This document shows positions 1 to 8,702 of a DNA stretch of 64,000 nt, one piece after another; position 1 is the stretch's first letter; each line of letters opens with the position of its first letter. The notes below the pieces were generated by a model. That model had not been told where the DNA came from, did no database searches, and saw nothing but the letters and a program-made list of their open reading frames with translations. Source of the DNA: a virus (Duplodnaviria; Heunggongvirae; Uroviricota; Caudoviricetes); the IMG/VR virus record IMGVR_UViG_3300020577_007233, positions 125,593 through 189,592 of that record; one strand, 5' to 3'. The translations under genes and the position numbers were made by a program.

Positions 1-832
1 CTGCTTTCTTATCATCAAGATAGCTCGACATGAAGACGCTGTATAACTGTTGCCTATCCGCATCTGACAACGTACTCTTAACGAGTCTTGTTTCAAGCTC
101 AGGGCGGAGTCTTTGGAAAGATGCATAGTTATTGTCGTTCTGCGTAATTTCTGGCAACCTCTCCATAAGAGCAATAGCCGCTTTTGCAGAACCCTTGGTC
201 TTTCTGTTTGCGTCAAACAGCGCAAGTATCTTGTTGTCACTCAAATCAGGATAATTGATGCCCGTTTTTGGGGCATTTGCTGGATCAACATCTCTTGTGT
301 CGTTTATGCCGCCTTCTTCGTATGTTTCATAGATTTCGTTGAACTTGTCCTGCATCTTTCTAAGAGCTTCAAGCTTCTTTTCTTTATCAGGATCGTGAAC
401 AACAAGTTCTCCGAGTTCATTGCCAAGGAAGTCAATAAATTCATCCTTAACTACTTCCTTTGTTATTGGATTTCCGCTTGATACTTCAGAAAGAGTGGTG
501 TTGAACTTGTTAATGTAGATAGCCAAATAGTGAACAACTGTTTCTGGCTTTCTCTTCTGAGTGTTTGGGCTGAACGCAGGCGCAGCAGGAGCAACTGGCC
601 CTTGCAAAGGAGCTTTTGCTGGAGCGTTAAGGTTTCCGCCAGCGTTAGGAACAGGCGCAGCAGGAGCTTCTGCTGGCGCAGTCTTTTCGCCTCCGCCCAT
701 AAATGGAGGAACGTTTTGAGACAAAGGCCTTGCCCAGTCTTTTTCGTTAAATGGAGGTTGCCTATATGGTCTTAGGGATTCTTCCTTCAAAAGACCAACT
801 TTCAGTCTGTTTATGATTGTTGAAACGTGCAT
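1..832 (-). CDS. Hypothetical protein (>277 aa, runs off left edge), Pro/Ala-rich segment; not in the supplied ORF track
   Basis: Manual translation: ATG at 832 with AAGGAG 9 nt upstream. Frame is open to position 2 (MHVSTIINRLKVGLL...GEKTAPAEAPAAPVP...SYLDDKKA). Confidence 0.7.
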   Translation of the reverse strand, partial: MHVSTIINRLKVGLLKEESLRPYRQPPFNEKDWARPLSQNVPPFMGGGEKTAPAEAPAAPVPNAGGNLNAPAKAPLQGPVAPAAPAFSPNTQKRKPETVVHYLAIYINKFNTTLSEVSSGNPITKEVVKDEFIDFLGNELGELVVHDPDKEKKLEALRKMQDKFNEIYETYEEGGINDTRDVDPANAPKTGINYPDLSDNKILALFDANRKTKGSAKAAIALMERLPEITQNDNNYASFQRLRPELETRLVKSTLSDADRQQLYSVFMSSYLDDKKA

Positions 833-983
833 TGATACTAGCTCCTTGTCCTCATCAATAATTCAAGCAGAATGGCCGTTGTCCTTCAAGATTTGACTAA
901 ATCAATAGCATAAGCTGCCATAAGTTCTATAGCAGCCATATGCCCAAAAACCTTCTTTCAGTAAGACCACGAACCAATTATCG

Positions 984-1796
984 TCAGTCGTACTTTTCGC
1001 TTTCAATTGAGTGCGTGCCATTTTGAGCAGAACCGCCTGCCGCCCCATTCTTCGCAGCAGCTATGCTTTCTCTCACTTTAATCAAATTTGCAGCATTGAA
1101 ATCTTTGTATCTTTGATCGATATCAGAAACGATTTTCTCTCTAACACAAGATTCGTACCCAAGCTCAACAAACTCAAGGTTTGCAATACCTTGCAATCTG
1201 GTTATAGCATCAGCCAATCCGTTGAGCTTAGCTCCAAGGTCGGACTGCTCAACGTCTCCCGTGCAAACAATCTTTGAACCCTCTCCGATTCTTGTAAGCA
1301 TCATTCTCATTTGTTGAACTGTTGAGTTTTGAACCTCATCGGCAACAACAAATGATCTCTTGAATGTAATACCTCTCATGTAGGCAAGGGGATAAATGAC
1401 AATCTTCTTCTCTTCTATCAATGTCTTTAGATCTTCTTGACCCAAGTAGTCTGAAACAACTTCGTAAAGAGGCATAACGAAGGGAGCAAACTTATGATCA
1501 GATCCTCCCGGCAAAAATCCTAGCTTCTCGCCAGCCTCAACATATGGTCTTGTGAAGACAAGTCTTTCGTAGTTGCCCTTTAGCAACTCTTGAACTCCCC
1601 AACCAACGGCGCAGTGTGTTTTTCCGCTACCGGGCGCTCCATAAAGAAAAGTAACTTGATTTTCGGATATTGCCTTGAGCGATTTCTTCTGACCAGGATT
1701 TTTGGCGGTGACGGCAATCAGAAGCTTAGAAGTTTTTGCTGTATCTGTGTAAACGAAATCCTTCCCGTCCTTCTTTCCCTTAGATCTCTTCGCCAT
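984..1796 (-). CDS. phoH: PhoH-family ATPase
   Basis: Walker A GAPGSGKT, RPYVEAGEKLGFLPG, PLAYMRGITF, ADEVQN and TRIGEGSKIVCTGDVEQSD are canonical PhoH motifs. AGGAG RBS present. Confidence 0.95.
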   Translation of the reverse strand: MAKRSKGKKDGKDFVYTDTAKTSKLLIAVTAKNPGQKKSLKAISENQVTFLYGAPGSGKTHCAVGWGVQELLKGNYERLVFTRPYVEAGEKLGFLPGGSDHKFAPFVMPLYEVVSDYLGQEDLKTLIEEKKIVIYPLAYMRGITFKRSFVVADEVQNSTVQQMRMMLTRIGEGSKIVCTGDVEQSDLGAKLNGLADAITRLQGIANLEFVELGYESCVREKIVSDIDQRYKDFNAANLIKVRESIAAAKNGAAGGSAQNGTHSIESEKYD

Positions 1797-1831
1797 TAGA
1801 AAACTCCTATAAGTGGAAGCTTAAAATACAA

Positions 1832-1893
1832 AACCTTCCCCGCCCTCTTGAAGAGGGTGCAAGTCTCTACTTTGACTCGCAGCAAGGAAGGTT
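1832..1893 (-). promoter_or_regulatory. Three-way-junction RNA structure in the phoH leader, followed by a U-rich tract
   Basis: AACCUUCCUUGC/GCGGGGAAGGUU (12 bp, 2 GU) encloses UGCGAGUC/GACUUGCA and CCUC/GAGG stems, then UUGUAUUUU. Confidence 0.45.
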
Positions 1894-1980
1894 AACACCA
1901 ATTCAGTCTCGATAAAAGTATCCTCAAAATACATTACTGTAATACGTTTAGGACAACAAAAGTCCTTTGAAAACAAGCTT

Positions 1981-2328
1981 TTATTTTGGCATATTCTTTG
2001 CCCTGTTAAGAGCCTTAATCATAAGCTCATTTTCGTTACGAACTCTTATTTCACCAAGATCGAAAATGTAAGAGTTTCTTTTGTCAAGAGTTCCCTCAAT
2101 ATACTTGAGGACCATTGGAAAATACAACGCAATACCTTTGTCTTGAGGTAGTTCAAGAAATATCTTTCTAGTCAATGGAGGAAGTTGATCTATGATAGGA
2201 TCGCCACCGTTGACGATTCTGTTCTTTAGTTCAGCAGAGGGAACAAAGTAAAACTCGATTTCATCAGCTATTCCTAGCCTCTTGAGTTTCTCAAGCATTT
2301 CTTTTGACGTTGGTTTGTTGTTTTCCAT
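1981..2328 (-). CDS. Hypothetical protein (~115 aa)
   Basis: ORF in the operon strand. Start moved to MENNKP (AGGT RBS). Confidence 0.6.
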   Translation of the reverse strand: MENNKPTSKEMLEKLKRLGIADEIEFYFVPSAELKNRIVNGGDPIIDQLPPLTRKIFLELPQDKGIALYFPMVLKYIEGTLDKRNSYIFDLGEIRVRNENELMIKALNRAKNMPK

Positions 2329-2347
2329 AATACCTATTTCGGCAGAT

Positions 2348-2590
2348 TTACCTGAGAACAACTAAGTCAGTCACCAAATAGTAGTCTTTACCGGCTCCTG
2401 ATATCTGAGCTAACTCCCCAAATCTAGACGGAACAACCCTCAAAACAGTACCGCTTACGCTATGCGACGGAGCATTGCCGGATGCTCCCGTCTCGCCTCG
2501 CTTTTTGACTCTAACATTTTTGCCGCACATTTGATGATTATACTGTTCTGGGAAAGCCTCTCTGTGCGAATTTGATTGAATGAATTTCAT
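2348..2590 (-). CDS. Hypothetical protein (~80 aa)
   Basis: ORF tightly coupled to its neighbours. Start moved to MKFIQS (GGAGG upstream). Confidence 0.5.
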   Translation of the reverse strand: MKFIQSNSHREAFPEQYNHQMCGKNVRVKKRGETGASGNAPSHSVSGTVLRVVPSRFGELAQISGAGKDYYLVTDLVVLR

Positions 2591-2592
2591 AA

Positions 2593-3885
2593 TTAACTTC
2601 CGCCTCCAAACATATATCTGAACCAACGAGAGCGACCACCAGGCAAGGTAAATTCTGGCGTTACTATTGCTCTTGTTCTTGGGTATCTTCCGTACTTCTT
2701 CTGTTCTAGCAATCTTGTAAACTCTTCTTCGTAGTTTTTCTTCAACGTTTCCATATTGCTAAACGCCTTTTGCGCAGCTTCTTGACCGCCAAAAACCTGC
2801 TGAGGCTGTTGAAAGTTGAGACACATCAAAAGTTCTCGCAAAGCATCCTTTGCTGCCCCATAAAGAACCAAAGGAATGTAGATATCAGGAACTGTTGTAA
2901 TGTCATAAGAACTCTGCGGAGGATAGAAATTTGCTATTGACAGAGCATTAGACAAGAATCTATCAAGCTGCTCATCTTCAAACCATCTGAAATTGTAATC
3001 AGCATGAACCATGTCAAAATCAGAGAGCGGATTGTCAAACAAAATAGTTCCCTTGAAGTAGTTTATCTCATATGAGCCTTCAACAAGCTTGTTGTTTCGG
3101 TAGATTTTCGTGCCAAAGGCTTGATTCCATCGAGGAAAAGTAAGCTTGAACTTTTGGTTGCTAACATCTGGAATAGCTTGTTCGTGATAAACGGGAATCT
3201 TCTGAGCGCAGCAAATCATTTCGCTAAGAGCAACCCTAAGATCGCTTAGCCTTGAGCCATAGAACTGAACCAGCGAATTTTCTGTATCACCGCTAGAAGA
3301 AACAACAACTTCTTGCAACTCGACTCCAGAAAAATCATCAACAGTATATGACCATGTTACTAGATACTTTCCGAGTTCAAGATCTGAGTCTAGACCCCAA
3401 TCAAAAGTATAGAATCCAGGTCTAACGAAATCTGGATTGGCGTCTTCAATAACGCTAGTACCATCCTTAGAGATAGTTAGAGTAATCTCTTCTGCTGTTA
3501 TAGGATTACCATGAACATCAGTAAGACTTAAGAACAAAGTGCCTGTAGTTCCTTGAGCAAAAGTTCCTCGTATATCAGGAACAGACTTAACCGAAGTTGT
3601 GGTTGCTGCATAGAAGGGACCAACTGTTTGAGTTGCATACACTGGATCATCGCCGTTTTCTGGAACGATCTTCCAAGAAGCGACATAAACAACTCCGTAT
3701 GTAACATCAAGATCATACTCGTACACACCTGTTGAGGAATTCGTTACAGAAGTACCGCTATCAACAACGGAGGTTCCGCTCAGCGTCTTTACGCCATAGG
3801 TTCCGTCGCTAGAGGCTAGAGTTACAGAGTAAGCGTTTGTCAAAACGCCGCCGCTTCTGTATTCGATGTATATGCGTTCACTCAT
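2593..3885 (-). CDS. Virion structural protein, putative neck/head-tail adaptor with N-terminal Ig-like beta domains
   Basis: Two beta-sandwich-like segments (GVYEYDLDV..YVASWKI; GFYTFDW..YLVTWSY), then a helical C-terminus (FEDEQLDRFL..LVLYGAAKDALR) resembling adaptor proteins. Lies downstream of head and fibre genes. Confidence 0.5.
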   Translation of the reverse strand: MSERIYIEYRSGGVLTNAYSVTLASSDGTYGVKTLSGTSVVDSGTSVTNSSTGVYEYDLDVTYGVVYVASWKIVPENGDDPVYATQTVGPFYAATTTSVKSVPDIRGTFAQGTTGTLFLSLTDVHGNPITAEEITLTISKDGTSVIEDANPDFVRPGFYTFDWGLDSDLELGKYLVTWSYTVDDFSGVELQEVVVSSSGDTENSLVQFYGSRLSDLRVALSEMICCAQKIPVYHEQAIPDVSNQKFKLTFPRWNQAFGTKIYRNNKLVEGSYEINYFKGTILFDNPLSDFDMVHADYNFRWFEDEQLDRFLSNALSIANFYPPQSSYDITTVPDIYIPLVLYGAAKDALRELLMCLNFQQPQQVFGGQEAAQKAFSNMETLKKNYEEEFTRLLEQKKYGRYPRTRAIVTPEFTLPGGRSRWFRYMFGGGS

Positions 3886-4313
3886 TATCTTACACCTGTC
3901 TTGATTTCTATTTCGTTACTTGAACCGCTTGTTCCTGTAGCAAGATCTATAGTTGTTCCATGCGTAGCAATATGAGGAACCTCTATCGTTATCTCTTTCG
4001 GAGTTGCGCTCATGTTATCATTTATGTTGTTGACAATTTCTGTCAGTTCAGCAATCTGTTGTATTTCTTCCGGATTTATGGCAAAGATAGTTAGAAGGTT
4101 CGATTCGTCTCCTTCGTTGAAAATCTTGACGCCTCCCCTGAAGTCGTCTTCAAAAGAGTAGGTCCACAAATAACAGCCAACACCAAGTTCAACAAAGCCA
4201 GACGAAATAACATCGCCATAATTAGCACCGGCTGTAGTAACAAGCCTAGCGTTTAGGGTTTTACCAACCTGACTAGCTCCAAGAACAATTGATGTTGTAG
4301 CTGTATACGCCAT
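3885..4313 (-). CDS. Small putative virion protein
   Basis: Start MAYT with GGGAG RBS. FVELGVGCYLWT beta motif resembles the neighbouring structural protein. Confidence 0.5.
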   Translation of the reverse strand: MAYTATTSIVLGASQVGKTLNARLVTTAGANYGDVISSGFVELGVGCYLWTYSFEDDFRGGVKIFNEGDESNLLTIFAINPEEIQQIAELTEIVNNINDNMSATPKEITIEVPHIATHGTTIDLATGTSGSSNEIEIKTGVR

Positions 4314-4315
4314 AA

Positions 4316-5794
4316 TTACTCCCAATAACCATCTATACCAACAAGGCCTCTAAAAATCCTTGAAGCAGTATTTACTCCAATAGGCATTTTACATATGATA
4401 TGAACATACTGTCCTGGAGGAACTACAATAGGAGACTTACAAACAAACACGATTGGATCTGCGTTAACTCCTATGGCAGCGGATGGATTGAAAGTCTGGT
4501 TTCCAATAGGTATTCGAACAGGCGCTCTAGTTCCCGCTCCATCAGAAGTTGCTAAGCTTACAGCGGTAGATCCATAACCTAAACTCCAACTCATAAATGT
4601 TGGAGTTGTTGCATCTCCTGCCGCTCCTAATCCAAGAGTAAAGATCCTCAATCCTGTAATGACTAAGTTTCTACCCCAGGTTGTTGCAGAAGCCGCCGGA
4701 ACCTGATAAACGAAAATGATATTATCAACATCCGAACCAGTAATTGCAGCAAACTGAAATTCGCCACCCAAAGTTGTGCCCGTATAGCCACCTGAAGGCG
4801 CTGCCGTATTACTTAGTGTAGCACTTGTTAGAGCAAGAGAGTTTGACATATTACTCTGTGTACCAAGAGTAGAAAAACCTGTTCCTCCATTATTACAATT
4901 GAATCCAGATGACGCTCTTTCGTGAGAATAATCTCTTCTAAAATCGCCTCCGCTTGTAAAAACTTGAACTTCTGCTATAGAAATGCTCGAAGCATATGGA
5001 GGAGCAAAACCAATGTTATAAGCTCTTGCGAAAAGGTTTCCGGCACCGGCCCTAAACATAGCGTTCAAACCAAGCGGTCTTTCAACAATGGCAACAATCT
5101 TTTTGTTGATCATAAACTCAACAGAAGATTGACTAAAGTTGATTCTAAACTGATAAACGCCATCATCAACAAACGGGTAATCAATCTCTTCTGTTCTTAT
5201 TTCGTTTGCGTTATTATTAACAACCCCTCTAAAAGAACCATCATCTGCCCATCTAAAGAAAACTCCATCCGACATAAGACCTGTCAAGCTTGGCACTATA
5301 CCTATGCCCAATTCAACTACTTTGTATGGGTATTTTATTCCAGTCATCTTAGCTCTAAAAACAACTGATGTTGTCGTTGAGCCGAACATTGGAAAATATT
5401 TGTAAGACTGCAAATTGGCTGCGCTAGAAGCGCCAGCAGTAGAAGCCTGAACGATAGCATATCCACCAGAAACAGTAACAGTAGCAGACGACTGCGTAGC
5501 GTTTGACCAAAGATTTGTATTCAAAGCAGAACCAACAAAACACTCCTGGAACAAACAACCATCAACAGCAAGTCTCGTCGCATAATCATCCGTAGCGTCA
5601 AGTTCAATAACTTGATTTTCTCCCGTATATGCGTTTCCAGACCTACCAGTTACTGATGTTATATCTCCGTTTCGCCCTGCTACCGAGATAACACCAGCAT
5701 TGGTTCTGGTTGTTGTTGGTTTAACTAGCAATTCTTTGTTACTGTTTACAGTTGCTAGATCGGCAGAATTTCCGCTTTTTATTGCTACGTTCAT
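4316..5794 (-). CDS. Tandem paralog 3 of a ~490-aa beta-rich virion protein (ConA/lectin-like central domain)
   Basis: Ser/Thr/Gly/Ala-rich. Colinear homology to 5798-7255 and 7258-8700 (e.g. TLGGEFQFAA, SLGYGST, GIDGYWE). Confidence 0.65.
   Translation of the reverse strand: MNVAIKSGNSADLATVNSNKELLVKPTTTRTNAGVISVAGRNGDITSVTGRSGNAYTGENQVIELDATDDYATRLAVDGCLFQECFVGSALNTNLWSNATQSSATVTVSGGYAIVQASTAGASSAANLQSYKYFPMFGSTTTSVVFRAKMTGIKYPYKVVELGIGIVPSLTGLMSDGVFFRWADDGSFRGVVNNNANEIRTEEIDYPFVDDGVYQFRINFSQSSVEFMINKKIVAIVERPLGLNAMFRAGAGNLFARAYNIGFAPPYASSISIAEVQVFTSGGDFRRDYSHERASSGFNCNNGGTGFSTLGTQSNMSNSLALTSATLSNTAAPSGGYTGTTLGGEFQFAAITGSDVDNIIFVYQVPAASATTWGRNLVITGLRIFTLGLGAAGDATTPTFMSWSLGYGSTAVSLATSDGAGTRAPVRIPIGNQTFNPSAAIGVNADPIVFVCKSPIVVPPGQYVHIICKMPIGVNTASRIFRGLVGIDGYWE
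4824..4882. repeat. 59-bp perfect direct repeat, copy 1 (copy 2 at 7763-7821)
   Basis: cttgttagagcaagagagtttgacatattactctgtgtaccaagagtagaaaaacctgt is identical at both positions. Confidence 0.9.
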
Positions 5795-5797
5795 TAC

Positions 5798-7255
5798 TTA
5801 AAACTCCCAAAAACCGTTAAGACCAACCATACCTCTTATAACTTGCGATGCTGTGGCAGTAGAAACCGGCATCTTTGCAACTACATGCAAAACTTGTCCT
5901 GTATAAACAACAATAGGTGTTGTAAACTGAATTCTAATTGTATCCCTAACTTTTCCTATAGCATCTCCAACCAAAAAACTCTGTATACCAATGGGAACTC
6001 TTCTTGGCGCTTTAGTTGCCGCTCCGTCAGAAGTTGCTAAGCTTATTGACGTAGATCCATATCCCAAACTCCAAACAATAACAGTTGGAGTTGTTGCAAC
6101 AGCAGCACCAGTATTAACTGTTGTTATCCACAAATCAGTAATAACCAAAGTTCTTGGCTGCGAAGCAACAGCAGCAGCAGGAACAGTGTAACCAAAAATA
6201 ATAAAGTCTGTATTTGCAGAACCTAAAGCAGCAAACTGAAATTCACCACCAAGAGAAGTTCCGGTGTAACCGGCTGAAGGCGCTGCCGTGTTACTTAGCG
6301 TAGCGCTTGTAGGAGCAAATGAATTCGACATATTCGAAAGAGTGCCGAGCGTACCAAATCCAGTGCAACCATTGTTGCAATTTTGTCCCATAAGGGACAT
6401 TTGTTCGCCAAAGGTTCTTGCAAAGTTGTTTCCAGAAGACCAAACTTGTACTTGAAATATATCTACTCTGGGCGGCAAGTCGATTGTTGCAGTTCCGCCT
6501 ATAACGTTAACTCTTGCAGATACTGGCAAAGATCCAGCCTGGGTGGGAGAATCTAATAGGTTGGTATTTTCTAATCTTCCAACATACACTCCATCAATGA
6601 AAAAGTCAACTCCATCCATTGAAATAGCAATAACGTATTGATGAACTTCGCCATCTAAGATTGGATAGTTAATGGGATCTGTTGGAAACTCTACACCGTT
6701 GTGAATCCTAATGCCCCTTAAATCTCCATGAGAACCAAATCGAAACATGATTCCGTCAGAAACTATGGATGTAGCATTGCTTACAAGAGCCAAACCAAAC
6801 TCAATCACCTTTAGACCCTGAGTAACACCTGTAGCTCTTAATTGAAACTGAACATAAAGCGTTGTTGATCCATACAACGGCATATACTTATAGGAAGATA
6901 TCAAAGCTCCAACGTTAGCAGCGTTACTTGCAGCGCTGTTTAGAGTACAATAACCGTTACCTTGCGTTATAGTGTAAGTGCTCGTAGCCTGTCTCCAAGT
7001 TCCAGTATTTATTGCTGTACTAACAAAATTGTCGTAAAACAAAAGCTGATCGATTGAAGATCTTAGAGCATAATCATCTGTGATATCAAACTCTCTGCAT
7101 ATCTGCTCGTCTACCGCTTGGGTGTCGCCAACTTTAGCAGCCAAAGCAATAAGACCAGCTTTCGTTTTGTTTTGATTAAACGCAATCTTAACTTCAGAGT
7201 TAGAATTTACGCTCAATACGTTTGAGTCTAAACCGCTTACTATTGTAGCTGGCAT
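5798..7255 (-). CDS. Tandem paralog 2 of the ~490-aa beta-rich virion protein
   Basis: Start MPATIVSG with GGGAG RBS. Homologous along its full length to both flanking genes. Confidence 0.65.
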   Translation of the reverse strand: MPATIVSGLDSNVLSVNSNSEVKIAFNQNKTKAGLIALAAKVGDTQAVDEQICREFDITDDYALRSSIDQLLFYDNFVSTAINTGTWRQATSTYTITQGNGYCTLNSAASNAANVGALISSYKYMPLYGSTTLYVQFQLRATGVTQGLKVIEFGLALVSNATSIVSDGIMFRFGSHGDLRGIRIHNGVEFPTDPINYPILDGEVHQYVIAISMDGVDFFIDGVYVGRLENTNLLDSPTQAGSLPVSARVNVIGGTATIDLPPRVDIFQVQVWSSGNNFARTFGEQMSLMGQNCNNGCTGFGTLGTLSNMSNSFAPTSATLSNTAAPSAGYTGTSLGGEFQFAALGSANTDFIIFGYTVPAAAVASQPRTLVITDLWITTVNTGAAVATTPTVIVWSLGYGSTSISLATSDGAATKAPRRVPIGIQSFLVGDAIGKVRDTIRIQFTTPIVVYTGQVLHVVAKMPVSTATASQVIRGMVGLNGFWEF

Positions 7256-7257
7256 AA

Positions 7258-8700
7258 TTACTCCCAATATCCATCAATTCCAACCATACCTCTGAAAACT
7301 TCAGAACCTGTTGCTGTTCCCAAAAACACCTTTGCGACTACATGCAAAAACTGTCCTGGATAGACAACAATAGGAGTTTGAAACTGTACGCTAATCGGAT
7401 CTCTTTGCTGACCTATTGCGTCACCAACCAAGAAACCTTGTATACCAAGAGGAACTCTTCTTGGCGCTTTAGCTCCTGCTGCTTCTGCTGTTGCCAAGCT
7501 TATGTTTGTAGATCCAAAACCCAAACTCCAAGCAATTATAGTTGCTGTAGTAGCAACAGCAGCACCCGTGTTGACTGTATTAATCCTTATTCCTGTAACA
7601 ACAAGATTTCTTGCTTGAGTTGTTGCAGAAGCTGCTGGAACTTGATAACCAAAGATAATTAAGTCTGTGTTTGCAGAAGCTAAAGCAGCAAACTGAAACT
7701 CACCGCCCAAAGTTGTACCCGTATAACCGGCTGAAGGGGCCGCTGTGTTGGTAAGAGTTCCGCTTGTTAGAGCAAGAGAGTTTGACATATTACTCTGTGT
7801 ACCAAGAGTAGAAAAACCTGTCGCTCCGTTGTTGGCGTTGTTTCCGCACAAAGACATTTGTTCGCCAAAGGTTCTTTTGAAGTCAGCGCCTGAACTAAAT
7901 ACTTGTATTTCTGATATACCAAGATAAGGAGCAGTCGCAGGTATGGTTCCTGCGTTATAGCATCTTGCAAAAAGAGGCAAAGCTCCGGCCCTAGTTGGTG
8001 AGTCTAAAGTTGCAGGACAATCTATAGATCCTAACAATACATTGTTTTTCCAGAACTCAACTCTTTGTTGAGATATGCTAATAATAAAACTAGCAACATC
8101 ATCGTCTGCATAAGATCCACCAAGCGTTGTTGGAGTTTCAGCGCCGTTATTATTGATGATACCTTTCCATGCACCAGTAGAATCCCATCTAATAAAAACA
8201 CCGTCCGTTGGAGTAGCGTTTGTTGCAACAAAACCCAATCCAAATTCTATTGTCTTATTTGTGGAAGCCGTACCTTCAGCTTTTAGTCTAAACTGTATAT
8301 AGGTTGTATTTGATCCATAAAGAGGAATAGTTCTGTATGTGTTTACAATCGCATATGTATTTATATTTGTACTGACTGAGCTATTAAGAGCCAAAAAACC
8401 GCCTGTAACACCAATAGCCATAGTGGAGCTAGACTGATTCCATGTTCCAGTGTTTATGGCAGTTCCTGTAAAATTCTCTATGAAAAGCAAGTTTTCAATG
8501 GCTATTCTTGCGGCATAGTCATCGTTCATATCAAGTTCTCGAACAAGCTGAGAACCCGTAACTGTTCCATCATCAGGTCTTGCCGCAATAGCAACAAGGC
8601 CAACCTTGGTTATATCTTGATTTGGGGCTATCAACAGCTCTCCGTCAGAATTAACTACTGCCGTATTAGTGCTATCCCCGCTTTTGATGATTACTGACAT
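7258..8700 (-). CDS. Tandem paralog 1 of the ~490-aa beta-rich virion protein
   Basis: Start MSVIIKSG with GGAG RBS. Homologous to the two downstream genes. Confidence 0.65.
   Translation of the reverse strand: MSVIIKSGDSTNTAVVNSDGELLIAPNQDITKVGLVAIAARPDDGTVTGSQLVRELDMNDDYAARIAIENLLFIENFTGTAINTGTWNQSSSTMAIGVTGGFLALNSSVSTNINTYAIVNTYRTIPLYGSNTTYIQFRLKAEGTASTNKTIEFGLGFVATNATPTDGVFIRWDSTGAWKGIINNNGAETPTTLGGSYADDDVASFIISISQQRVEFWKNNVLLGSIDCPATLDSPTRAGALPLFARCYNAGTIPATAPYLGISEIQVFSSGADFKRTFGEQMSLCGNNANNGATGFSTLGTQSNMSNSLALTSGTLTNTAAPSAGYTGTTLGGEFQFAALASANTDLIIFGYQVPAASATTQARNLVVTGIRINTVNTGAAVATTATIIAWSLGFGSTNISLATAEAAGAKAPRRVPLGIQGFLVGDAIGQQRDPISVQFQTPIVVYPGQFLHVVAKVFLGTATGSEVFRGMVGIDGYWE
7763..7821. 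repeat. 59-bp perfect direct repeat, copy 2
   Basis: Identical to 4824-4882. Confidence 0.9.
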
Positions 8701-8702
8701 TC

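Noticed and set aside
912-934. Hairpin GCUGCUAUA-GAACU-UAUGGCAGC downstream of phoH
   Set aside because: A single hairpin without a clear U-tract; not enough to call a terminator or ncRNA.
1832-1893. tRNA gene (UUCAA loop resembles a T-loop)
   Set aside because: Only two arms, no anticodon arm, wrong T-stem closing pair and no CCA or acceptor geometry. Kept only as an unknown structured element.
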